Shown here one piece after another: positions 13,831 through 27,105 of a stretch of 64,000 nucleotides of DNA (position 1 is the stretch's first letter; the number at the start of each line of letters is the position of its first letter). The notes under the pieces were generated by a model. It searched no databases. It saw only the letters and a list, made by a program, of their open reading frames with translations, and was not told where the DNA came from. A program made the position numbers and the translations under genes. This stretch comes from Octopus vulgaris. Its lineage: Eukaryota. The stretch spans positions 32,302,001 through 32,366,000 of the forward strand of contig OX597832.1 of assembly GCA_951406725.2 (NCBI GenBank), read 5' to 3'.

Positions 13831-14426
13831 CACCCTCATGGTTGCTACCTCCAACTACCGGCTAACAACCACCATTTCTCTTCTTACACATACTTCCACT
13901 CTCACTCTTTTATACGCAGTATCTATCACAAAAAGAGAAAAAAAAACTCCAGAGACCTCACAGCGGTTCACAGATAAGTATTTCTTGCAAAATTAGGTTA
14001 AACAGACATTAGTGCCTATATCCAGCGGGAAACAGAAGGATAGCTGATTAAAATGCAACTCATCTTAAATATTATCTGATATATACGGCTATATAATATA
14101 TGATATACATAGATATAACACATACACAACCATATATATTAATGTACATATATATATGTGCGTACGTATATATATATGTGCGTTCGTGTGTGTACGTGTG
14201 TTTGTGTGTGTATGAGAATCTGTAACTAATATGCATGAAAACTTACACACACTCACCGTTAGAACACATACACACACATATATACACACACATATATATA
14301 TATGAGTATCGGTTGTTCATTTTTGCATATAAATGTGTCAATAATTCGATGTGAAGCCTTCTCATCCTTCCTTTTCCTCTGTCGTTCAATCACTCTCTCT
14401 CTCTCCCTGTATATATACATGCATAC

Positions 14427-14522
<96 letters not shown>

Positions 14523-14788
14523 GCATACATATATATATATATATATACATGCATCCATGCGTATATATATGTATGTGTCAATGAGTATCACGTTCTGTAT
14601 GCGTATGTAAATGTATACATCAGTATTAATAGTGACGTGATTTTATACATACATTCATGTATATATATATATTTATATAAATATATATATGTATGTATGT
14701 ATGTATGTATACATGTATGCCTTTGTATACCTCGTATACATACATTCATGTATATATATTCATGTATATATATTCATGTATATATATT

Positions 14789-14841
<53 letters not shown>

Positions 14842-15138
14842 ACATGTATGCCTGTGTATACCTCGTATATAAAAATCGTATCATGGGAACGGTTTCTTCT
14901 TCCATATTTCACCTGAATAGATCTAATTACTGCTAATATCAAACATAAACGATAAATAACTTCAACACAGAAACACACAAAACAACATACCTTCCTGAAG
15001 CTTTCAGCGTAGGGTTAGTGACACACACGCACACACACACACACTCTCTCTCTTTCTCACATACACACACACAATCACATCCATAGTCACAAACACACAC
15101 ACTCGCATATATATAGAAATGTGAGTGCGCGTATATAC

Positions 15139-15180
<42 letters not shown>

Positions 15181-16047
15181 TAACATTCATAACGATTACT
15201 CTTGTACAATATACACACCGAAACTAACAAAGTCATACATGTATATGTATGTATGTGTGTATATGTGTGTGCATGTGTAAGTGAATGAGCATGTTGTGTA
15301 TCAATGGCCTGCATTTAATTGGTGTATTATATATGCACACATACATATACATATATATACATACATATATATGTATATACAGATACATACATATATACAT
15401 ATACATACAAACATACATACATATGTATATGTACTTATATATTTATAAGCTGTTGCGTACATATATAAACACACACCTATAGGCATCGATATGTGTCTCT
15501 CCCTTTATATATGTATATATATATGTATGTGTGTGCCCGTGTGTTTGTGTATGTGTGTGTGTGCGTGCCCGTGTGTGAAGAATATATAGGTAAATATATA
15601 CATATGAAGGCATATTGTTACATAATTCTCATTTGTTTGGCTTTTCCTGCATTTTATGCTGATTTTCGTTGTTTTTTCCCCTTTTCTTTGGTTTGCATAA
15701 AGAGTAAATTATCTAGGAATTTGATCATGCGTATGATGATGACGATGATGATGATAATGTTGATGAGGATGATGCGGCTGATAAAGATCATGAGGATGAT
15801 AATGATGATGATGATTGGACTTCAACTTGGCTTGGTTTGAGAAAGTAGTGCAGAAAGAAGGAGACACTCAAGATGATATAATACTTAAATTTAATAATGC
15901 AATCAGCCAACATACACACACATACAGGCTACACACACGTACACTGACATACACGCACTCACACTGACATGCACATACAAACACAAACCTACATACATAT
16001 ATCCATACATGTGTATATTACATATATATATATATATATATATATAC

Positions 16048-16120
<73 letters not shown>

Positions 16121-16473
16121 CATATGATTATAGATAAAAATATATATATTATTGATAATATTATTTTCCAGCGAAATAAAGCACTGAAAATGTAGAATTA
16201 TAAATAGGAATTAGTGGCACACAAAGTTATCAGATTATGCTGGTAACAGCAGTCGAAAACCATTTGACGCTTGGTAAAGATGTGAGTGGGTGTCGAACGT
16301 AAAACAATCCTCGTCTTACATTTAGTGCCTCTAATTCCCATTTACATATAATTATATATATATGTATGTGTGTGTATGTATGTATGTATGATTGTATGTG
16401 TGTATATGTATAAGTATATTCGGTTAAAGTGATCATTACCGTTCAGTTTACCACGTTTGCAATTTGTTAGTGT

Positions 16474-16503
<30 letters not shown>

Positions 16504-16506
<3 letters not shown>

Positions 16507-16722
16507 TTCTTTATTACCCACAAGGGGCTAAACACAGAGGGGACAAACAAGGACAGACAAACGGATTAAGTCGATTACATTGACCCTGGTGTGTAACTGG
16601 TACTTATTTAATCGACCCTGAAAGGATGAAAGGCAAAGTCGACCTCGGCGGAACGTAACGGCAGACGAAATACGGCTTCGCATTTCGCCCGGCGTGCTAA
16701 CGTTTCTGCCAGCTCGCCGCCT
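16504..16722 (-). mobile_element. SINE family A copy in (TA)n, with the B-box segment deleted
   Basis: Reverse complement of ggcgagctggcagaaacgttagcacgccgggcgaaatg...gccgaggtcgactttgcctttcatcctttc...gtttagccccttgtgggtaataaagaaa. It lacks the tgagttcaaatt segment present in other copies and is flanked by (TA)n on both sides. Confidence 0.9.
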
Positions 16723-16798
16723 ATATATATATATATGGACAAAATTTCCCAAAGCCCTGTTTGAGGATGCATATATGCATACAGATGTGTACAATCGG

Positions 16799-16843
<45 letters not shown>

Positions 16844-17678
16844 TACACATCTGTGTATGCTTGTTTTCTTGTTACGACAAACTGTCTCTGGTGCTGATGC
16901 TAAGTGCAAATAGGGAAACCGTGGAGTGACCCTTCATTTACCATCATTCCAAGATCCGTCCTCATCATGTATTGTAGCACCTGCCAGGGTCCCTACTCTG
17001 GGTTGAATATATATCCCAGGGGTAGCGGAAGCTCCTCTTCTTGGTTTTGACAAAGCCGTGGGAACGGCAGCTCTTCCCGGAGAAAAAACATTCTCATATA
17101 ATTCTTGAAGTCAAAACAGCATCAATCATCTTCCAACACTTGTCAGGGGAACCAAGGATGGCGACCGAGAGAGCGGCAAAAAGTGTTATACAAACGTTTG
17201 TCACCTAAATCCAATGGCGTACAGATTTCTCATAATCATTCCTTATGAGAGGGCTTTCATTTGACAGAATGAGGCAACCACACACACACACACACACACA
17301 AGTACATAAACATACTCACTCACTCTCAGATTGCTTCAAATTTCATACACATAATCCGCCTCTCAATCATCAAATAACTAGTAATGTCGTGTTGATTCAA
17401 CCGTCTTATTACACACATTTGGTTTCCGTAAATATCCACACACACATATTTATACACAGATGAACACACACACACACATATATGCATACAGACATTTATA
17501 CATATATATACGTACATACATATATAAATATACATTCATGCATACATGTTCACGGAGTAATAACAACATCGCAAGTGAAGATAGTTTTCTAAAATGAAAT
17601 TCAAGCCAACAATTTTTTGTTTTCCTCTTAGCTATTTCAGAAAGGGACAATTTGCTCCATATATATATTAATCAATAT

Positions 17679-17733
<55 letters not shown>

Positions 17734-17765
17734 AAATAAAATTAAAAACAGAACACAAAGGATAT

Positions 17766-17858
17766 CGCGGTACACGTGTTTCAAGCTTTATAAACAATCC
17801 ATTATTATATCAGTGTATTATTGATATAAAAGATGGTTTAAAGCTCTCTTCAGCCACA
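17766..17858 (-). ncRNA. Type I hammerhead ribozyme motif (PLE/retrozyme type)
   Basis: Minus strand: ugugg CUGAAGA gagcuuuaaac...guuuauaaagcuu GAAAC acgu GUA ccgcg. The core is intact, stem II is long, stem III is palindromic (ACACGUGU), and stem I is gugg/ccgc. Confidence 0.8.
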
Positions 17859-18061
17859 AACATTGTTAGTCCCAAAAGTGACATCACATTATAAAAAATA
17901 TGAAAAGTACATGTAGTATTACCCATTATAATCGGTTTATCATATCTCCTTAAAATTGTGTATTTGTAAAATTTCCTAACTGTATAAATGTATAACGATT
18001 CATTGGATTTCGAAAACCTGCCCATACTGTAGCACCAGTCAACATAGAGTGAATGTTAAAT

Positions 18062-18124
18062 AGATTGGAATGAGTTTATATTTAATTCTCTACAAGAGAA
18101 TTAAATATAAACTCATTCCAATCT
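18062..18124. repeat. Perfect 30-bp inverted repeat with a 3-nt loop
   Basis: agattggaatgagtttatatttaattctct-aca-agagaattaaatataaactcattccaatct. Confidence 0.95.
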
Positions 18125-18797
18125 CTCTCTATCTCTCTCTCTCTATATATATATAATTTTGCTTATATACATGTGTGTCTGTCTGTGTGTGTTTTAAAAT
18201 GTTTTATTGCCTCTTCATTACTTCCCCGTGTATTCCTGTCATAATTGTAAATAAAATTTATTGATACGCCCTGTTAATTCTCTCTAGTTGAACTATTTCT
18301 GTATTCCCTGACGTACACTTTATGTTTATGTCGATAATTCATTAAAAAAAACTATACATTTCGTTATTTCGTTCTCTCTTTCACAAACTTTAATTACTCG
18401 TGGAAAATTAAGAATAAATTATTTCAAAAATATGATATAAATATATTTTCCTTTCACATTGTAGGCTCGGATGGCACTTATTAATTCGTCGTTCTATTTT
18501 TGTCCATTGCTGTCTGTCAAAAACTATATTATCCACGGTGCTTGTGTCTTTTTCAGAGAATAAGATGTAGCTGCACTGGTAATTGTTTTCTGTTCCTAAA
18601 ACATTGAAACATATGTATAATTAATTTTGGGAAATAGTAGCGAATTAATATGTATTGTGCCATTCATGTGTTAGTATTCATAAAACTATTCATTGTCTCT
18701 GGCTGAAATAAAAGGCTGAGCAGTAGACGAAAAGGGGTTCCATAACACAATTGGCTGAAGAGCTTCACTCGTATTTATCCCCTGTGCTGTTGGATTA

Positions 18798-18864
18798 ATC
18801 ACAAACCGGTTTCGTTGTTACCACTTACGTAATCACGTGGTTGTCCGCAAATCTTCAGTATGAT
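18798..18864 (-). ncRNA. Type I hammerhead ribozyme motif, slightly degenerate
   Basis: Minus strand: aucaua CUGAAGA uuugcggacaaccac...gugguaacaac GAAAC cg GUU ugugau. Stem I is 6 bp, stem III is palindromic (ACCGGU), and the first stem II pair is a U-C mismatch. Confidence 0.6.
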
Positions 18865-19141
18865 CGTCATAGCAAAATATAACTTGCAGAAGTATACACG
18901 AGAGGTCCGAATGAGATTGATTATGTATATAGTTCTACCAATTACATTTTGGGATATATTTCAAAAGTCTTCGTTTTGGCGCACCAAAATACCGGAAATA
19001 ATTCTGCAGAAAAACATTTTTAACACTTATTATTTTAAATTTAAATTTAAATAGCTACGTTTTCTAACCGGCAAAATTCACTGTAGAGAGTTACACACAC
19101 ACACACGCACACACATATGTGAATATATATATGTATATAGT

Positions 19142-19193
<52 letters not shown>

Positions 19194-19203
19194 GTAATCT
19201 ATT

Positions 19204-19250
<47 letters not shown>

Positions 19251-21499
19251 ATATAAATGTATATATATATATACACACACATATATATATGTATATGTAT
19301 GTATATAAATGTTTGTTTTATGTTTCGACATAATACAAATAATTTTACATTAATCTGATGGTTATTCTGCACACTAGTCGAGACGAAATTTACTATTTCT
19401 TAACTGACCGAAAAACCCGAAGTCACTTTTAATAATATTTATGCATAAGTGTAATAAACTCACACTCACAAACACAGACATACACACACGTTAGCACGCA
19501 CACAAACATACACGCATATGCAAAGTACTTGGCTGTTCGTCAGCGAAATTCCAGTCTCAAGGCAATGGCTATGAAAAGATTTCACCATTACAAAACAATT
19601 GGGCTCACGTTTTTGCGAAGTGATCCCACCTGAACCTCTCTCTCTCTCATCTATGCCTGTATCTTCAATATGGCAACCTACAACTTCGTGTTTTGTCGTT
19701 ACGTTTGAAAACTATGAGGCTATATTCAGGTCTTTTTTATTATTTCCTCTACATCTAACAATCATCCAGCACGTGGATGAAGACAACTTTCGAAAACAAA
19801 AACGAGAAATAATTCTGAACAAAATGCAGAACACAACATAAATAAACGAGAGTGTTTCGTGTCGTTGTCCTAGACTTACTCGAGCAATGGCGGAACACAA
19901 GCCGCTATCGTCGTCCAGGATCTGACGAGAACAAACCAACTGGTTGATCATTCATTGCATTTGAATGAGAGGCACAGTATTACAGGATTTTATTTGGCGT
20001 TGATTTCCCGACAGGCACCACGATTTATATCCGTTTTGTTACAAAACAAATTCGTTTCACTCAAAGATAAGAGGGAAAAAATCGGAGAGATGAATATTTG
20101 GTATTTCATGTGGTACGTGCCGGTTTTATTATGTTTTGTTTTACTAATGGATTTTATTATTTTTTTTGTCTTGTTTATCGCTTCTAATTTGTTCGTATTC
20201 CTTCATTTTTATGTTTTATGATTCGTGTTTTTTTTTTATAGAGTAGTAACATTAATCTTCAGAATGCTACTGGCATGAATACATATATATGAATGCACAT
20301 ATGCATGCATACATACACACATCCACACTCACACAGACACACACACACATATATATATATATGTGTGTGTGTGTATGGGTGTGTTTATCTATGAACATAT
20401 ATACGTATATGTATATATATGCTTATACATACATATATGTATACACACATAATTTCACCTATATAGATAGTTAAATAGATATATATAATACATACGAATG
20501 TAGGTATGTGCAATGTCTATATGTATGTATGTATGTATGTATTTATGTATGTATGTATGTATGTATGTATGTATGTATGTATATTACCAATCGATTAGCC
20601 TTAGGAAGGAGATTGAGAAAGAAACGTGGAAATAGCGATAGATTGATTGTGAGAGATAAAGAAGATGTAGAGGCGGTGAAAGATAAAGACAGAAATTTAG
20701 GTTTAACGGGAAAGAAAGAAGATGTGCGAACGTGATTAAGAGGGGGAAAGTACGGACAAGTAAGAGAAGGAAGGCGAAGGAAAACGGGGGGGGGGGATGA
20801 AACGGTGGACGATTAAAGAGAGAATGGTGAAAGAGCGAGATGGAGTGGAGAAAGACTAAAGGAATTTTTGTTGGTGTGTTTTGACACATTAGAGAGTCTT
20901 TCTAATGCGAAGGAAATTAATTCTGGCAATGGAACCATCAGCAAGCAGCAGCCTTACACACCTCAGCGAACAAAAGTCAAATATATCAGCATCTCGCCAT
21001 GAATAAGAGCTTCTTACCGCAGCTTAGCGCTCATCTATTGCTATATTGTGACCGAGAGTGTTTGAGTTGGGATGTTCTTGTTGTTGCTTTTGTTGTTGCT
21101 GTTGTTGTTGGTGTTATTGTCGTTGTGGCGGTTTTAGCCCCCAAGATCACCCCTGATTGAGCAGATCTATGATCAAAGGTCCACCAGCCATGCTCATCCA
21201 TCTTAATTTCAGCGCGAGAGGATGGTGTGAATGCAGACACACTAAACGTGTGTGTGCATGTGTGTATGTGTATGTATGTATGTGTGTGTGTGTGTGTGTG
21301 TGTGTAGGCATGTGTGTATGCTTGTGTTTCTGCGTGTATGTTCTCAAACAAATACAGACACATATATGTATATATCATGTGTAAATGTGTGTTCATAGGT
21401 ATGTTTATATATACATATATACATACGGATGTAGGCATGTATATATATATATATATGTGTGTGTTTCTGTGTATGCATATATATATATACGGATGTAGG

Positions 21500-21550
<51 letters not shown>

Positions 21551-21610
21551 CTGTGTGTCTGTGTGTTTGTATATGCATATATATGCGTATATATATAAGA
21601 AGATGGATTT

Positions 21611-21646
<36 letters not shown>

Positions 21647-21813
21647 GGGTATGTGTGTGTGTATCTATGTAAGATATACACACATTCCTTTTAACATAGA
21701 TTGCTGGGGATTTGAGGAAGATTTAGCTGCTATTTCTAATAAATGAGTAGCATATGTACTCCCTAGTTCGTTAATATTGTTCCGGTTGCTCCTGACCGTT
21801 ACGTTGATGATGG

Positions 21814-21855
<42 letters not shown>

Positions 21856-22619
21856 CAGTGGTTATGGCGGTTGTGATGATGACGATGTCGCCGTTGACTG
21901 TGGTGATTCTCCTGGCGACTTTGATCATATGAACATTACTAATTTTCAACGATCTTCGATTTAAGAGATTTAAATGAAAAATTTACATACATTATATTCT
22001 CGTTATGAAAAATATAGATATTTCACGTCTTTCATTTCGGGAGATTAATGGGAACAAAAATAACAATATGAGCTCCAAGAACATCAACAGTGATAACAGG
22101 ACAGCGATACTGATATGAGTGCAGGCGTTTAGGTGTGTGTGTGCACACAAATAAATACAAACATCTCCACACACACATGTTTATATATATATATATATCT
22201 TCGTATGTATGCATGTCTGTTTGTACTTATATATATGTATGTGCGTATCAATAGATATATACGTACACTTTTTTTATGTACGTTCCTTTATCTACACTGA
22301 TTTGTTCTGCTTTTTTATGTTTAACCCTACAGTCTCTTATGTGGTGGTTTAATAAAGTATGTGATTGAGTATTATCTGGTAATTGATGTTTGATTTAGAT
22401 GTATTTCTCCATTTTCTTATCTTGTATTAGTAATTTGTGGTAATTCATTTTACCTTTGCCCATATAATACAGTAAATGAATTGACTGCATCGCAATCCTT
22501 AACATTTATGTATTAACTTTGTTGGGTACTTCACTAGCAGTATATTGGATATATGTTATCCCATGGAGGGTTGCATTTACAACCCCTATCTCAATTTGTA
22601 AATATATGTATGTATATAC

Positions 22620-22679
<60 letters not shown>

Positions 22680-22842
22680 GTATATATATATGATGTATAT
22701 CTATGATGTATATATGTGTGTGTATATAATATATATATTCATATATATGTTATTCTAGTTGTTTCAGTCACTTGACTGCAGCCATGCCAGAGCACACTTT
22801 AAGATATAGAGCAGTATATATTAAGATGGTGAAGGCTTGTTT

Positions 22843-23029
22843 ATGGGATTACCCTAGGATTCCGTCCATAAGGTGTGTAGCTTATGGCGTATCATCAAAT
22901 CCCAAAACCTGTTGCCTTAAAAGCCTCTCAAGAATCTTCTTAAGAGGCCTTGGGCCAACAGCATTTAGGATCTGACGATACGCCATAAAGCTACACACCT
23001 TATGGAAGGGAAACCTAAGGTAATCCCAT
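22843..23029. mobile_element. About 187-nt foldback element made of two head-to-head hammerhead motifs (family copy 1)
   Basis: The arms are imperfect inverted repeats about a centre near 22935. Right arm (+): taggat CTGACGA tacg ccataaag ctacacac cttatgg aagg GAAAC ctaag GTA atccca. The left arm is the same motif on the minus strand with TTGATGA and GAAT changes. Confidence 0.75.
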
Positions 23030-23049
23030 TTTTGATATAAATATTATGT

Positions 23050-23081
<32 letters not shown>

Positions 23082-23129
23082 TTAGATGTGTAAACCCCCT
23101 CCTACTAAGATCGAAGGCATTGTGCGTAT

Positions 23130-23561
23130 GGAAGAAAGGGTCGTGACGGTAGAGACTGAGGCAGAGAAGTTCATGTACATATGGCCACCTCTACAGTGAG
23201 GCGTGTGGAACGCGATCACCTTGACAACACAGTTGTGCACAAAGACACATAAATGGGTCGTGATGGACATATGTTGTTGCTGTTGACGCGAATATTGAAA
23301 TAACCGAGAGAGCGAAGGTGGACAAATACGAGTATTTCTCAAAACATTTACGTGAAAATACAACAGGCAACCGTGAAAATTGCCCCTTTTGATATCGGCG
23401 CATTGAGGACAATTTCAAAGGATCTCGGTGCTGTACCTCCGATCTAAGGCAAAAAGAGACATGTTATTGAGTGCATAATGCTGGTAGTGGGGGTGAGGCG
23501 GCTGCTTATTTTATCGATCCCGAAATGGTGAAAAGGGAAGTACACCTCAGCGGAATTTGAA

Positions 23562-23618
<57 letters not shown>

Positions 23619-23730
23619 AATAATAATAATAATAATAATAATAACAACAACAACAATAACAATCTCAGCGTGGAAGCGTGTATTCTTCGCAGCGTTCTAG
23701 AAGTATGGTCACTAAATATGTGATACCTCA
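23130..23730 (+). mobile_element. Decayed R4/Dong-clade restriction-like endonuclease region and C-terminus, interrupted by a SINE A fragment and microsatellites
   Basis: Translations VETEAEK, DANIEITERAKVDKYE, IGALRTISKDL and, after a (TAC)n/(TAA)n tract, ACILRSVLEV match DDNVSLKEMEKLSKYKDL..VGALGMIKK..AHILRRTL at 52.9-53.2 kb. Confidence 0.6.
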
Positions 23731-23745
23731 ACAACAACAATAATG

Positions 23746-23782
<37 letters not shown>

Positions 23783-23808
23783 TAATAATAATAATAATAA
23801 TAATAATG

Positions 23809-23843
<35 letters not shown>

Positions 23844-26426
23844 TAACAATAACAATGATAATGATGACAATATAACGATTTCTTCATTAACCGCAAAGGG
23901 TTTACATTAATAAAAATCTTGTGGACAGCGCGGGACAAATAGAATGTGGGGTTACACGAAAGTCGTGCAAACAATGAAGAACAATCGATTATTATGGCAA
24001 AACACCACACAAGAGGGAGACCTGGGGATATTGATGATGAGTACACACACACACACAAATAAACACACATATACAGATATAAATATATATACATATAGTG
24101 AATATTGAATGAAAGTGCATACTTGTGTGTGTACTTGCAGACGTTCAAGTTCGGAGACGCACACGTGCGTGAAAATGTACGTACATACACGTACACGCTT
24201 GTTCACTCGTCCATGCTTTCCAATAAATTTCTCGTTTCCATATTAACTAAGCCAGTACACCCACTCTCCTTATGGCACCCAGCAAGCCGCCCTATCGACA
24301 ACGGTAATAAATTCTAAATACGAACATGGACAACACCATAGATTTCTTAATACAGGAACATGAAGATAATCACAGAAACAATGGCATTCATTGAATTCGA
24401 TTCCCCAGAAAGTTATCTAATTGCGTAAGTTTCTGCGTAGAGTCCCGTGAGGAATTAGGAATATGCGATGTTGACAGCCGCACAGGAGACTTCAGTACGA
24501 TGATTGATACACCAGGGTATATTATATACGCTTCTACGATGAGATGATTAAGAAACCTTTGAAATTATAGATTAATTATTTACAGTAGATGTGTTGATGT
24601 GGATCATATTTTAAATTCCCCCGTCAAGTCACATGACCAATGTATCACGAGACTCCTTTTGACAGCAGCTTCATCGTTTGATTTCTCAAAGCTCTCTCTC
24701 TCTCTCTCTCTCACACACACAGACATATATGTATTTACATATGTATATATATATATATATACATACATATGTAAATACATATATATATTTGTATATATGT
24801 ATATACATAGATGTATATATACATATATATATGCATATACGTATATGCATTTATACACACAGACATATATGTATATGTATATATATATATATGCATATGT
24901 ATATGTATATATATAAATGAATATATATGTATGTATATGTATATATATAGTTGTCGCCATAAGTATTTTATGAATTTGTGGGCGAACGTACAGTACTTAT
25001 TTGGGGTTGGGAATCTCCCGCTCCAACATTTTTTAAACTCAAATCATATTGAAGATTTCTTTAAAGAAATTCAGATCATATTTAAAACTGAGAAACAATT
25101 TGCCACACTTAAAGCATTTATTCTGATTGTATTTGAAGTCATAATTATTCTGACTTTAAAATCACTCTTCCAAAACCATAGTCATACATGTCCAAATCAA
25201 AGAACAATATCTGGGATTTTAATTAGAAAAACATTGACCACATCCAGACAACCATCCACTCTCCCTTGTATTAATGAATACAAAAGAAATAAAAAATGAG
25301 GCCTTGAAATGTAATTATAATTCTTACTGGGGAAAATCAAAAACATTTTAAGTAAAGGAATTATATTGTCCTTGTGATTGCCGGGTACCTTGCGAGGTCG
25401 TCTTCTTATTTCTTGACATATTATTTCAACTCACGTGGCACTTACGGTCCATCAGCGTCAGCAGGATCCTGAACGACTCCCACTCTCCTACCACAATGTT
25501 TTCGGCAGTACAAGATAGAATTTGGATTCATAATACACTCACCTGAATCACATAATGCAAATCAAATCGTTTCACACTCTAGCAATTCCACAAATGTTTC
25601 GCTCTGTGTCACTTCATTCTTTTATCTATTTATCGACCCCAAATTGATAGAAGCCAAAGAGTTAACAGATTAACATCAACGAGATTTGAACGCAGAACTT
25701 GACCAAGCAGAATAAAATGCGCTCCGACAAATTCTGCCGATTCACCGCATTGAAAAAGTGATGTCGGTGTCGTAAATATTATAAAATATATAGAAAGAAA
25801 ATAATGATTTATTCTTATCTCAACCATTTTCTCCTGATTGAATTAGTCACCTTTACCATTTTTGATCAAAAATAATTATACATGGAAAAATGGTTCTTAA
25901 AAATATTAGCCTGGAAATGTGTTATTTATCTGCAAGATCTTGTGGCACGGCCGAACATAGATGGAAATATTATTACAACCCAGAAACACAGTGATACAAC
26001 AGCGGTGAATTTGTACCCGTAACCCATTAGGTGATAATGTTATTGTGTCTTATCTCAACCAATCAACCATTTCGTCTTTTATGAAAGCAATACACTGGAT
26101 AATAAGTTCTTTGATTTGTCTGAATATATTAGAAACATTCTTCTGTTTATTGTTATTATTATTATCGGAACTTAATGGAAAGTTTTATATTAAATTAACC
26201 TGAACAATAAAGTTCACACGTTAAAACTATGCCAGTCTGGTGAGTCGGCGAAATGATACTGCATACAGCGGTTGGATGATCAATTTGGTGTTGCACTCTC
26301 TGTGATGTTATAGAGCAATAAGCATTGAGCAATGTGTTAACACCTACCATTACCTGATTGGTTCCAGCGTTTATGGCATTATCCTCCTCGTTGCGCTATA
26401 TTTCCACGAATAAGGTATCGCTTCGT

Positions 26427-26459
<33 letters not shown>

Positions 26460-26578
26460 CACCCCCCCCCCACACATACACACTCCAAGCACACATATAT
26501 ACAAAATGTGTACCTATAAATACATACATATATATGTATATATAAATACATACATATATGCATATATACATATATGCA

Positions 26579-26619
<41 letters not shown>

Positions 26620-26883
26620 CTATATATATATATATATATATATATCTATATATATATATACATATATACATACGTATATGCACAAGTACAGATGCATATG
26701 TAAATGGATATGGATCTATATGTACTTGTAGAAATATCGATTTATATATATGTCTATATAACTCTATCTATCTATCTATATATATATATATGTTTATATA
26801 TATATACATGTCTATACATATGTACATATCTATGTTTATATATATATTTTGTGTATATATATATATGTATATATATATATATG

Positions 26884-26921
<38 letters not shown>

Positions 26922-27021
26922 TATATACATACACACACACACATATACATATATACGATACATGTATGTATATATGTATGTAAGGGGAAAGAGAAATATT
27001 GAAGAATGAAGTGGGCAGACA

Positions 27022-27031
27022 CAGATAGATG

Positions 27032-27103
<72 letters not shown>
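27022..27103. repeat. (GATA)n microsatellite
   Basis: Direct reading. Confidence 0.95.

Positions 27104-27105
<2 letters not shown>

Noticed and set aside
16960-17120. GC-richer segment resembling an RTE 5' UTR, where HDV-like ribozymes can occur
   Set aside because: I could not assemble the nested double pseudoknot by eye, so a structure-based search would be needed.
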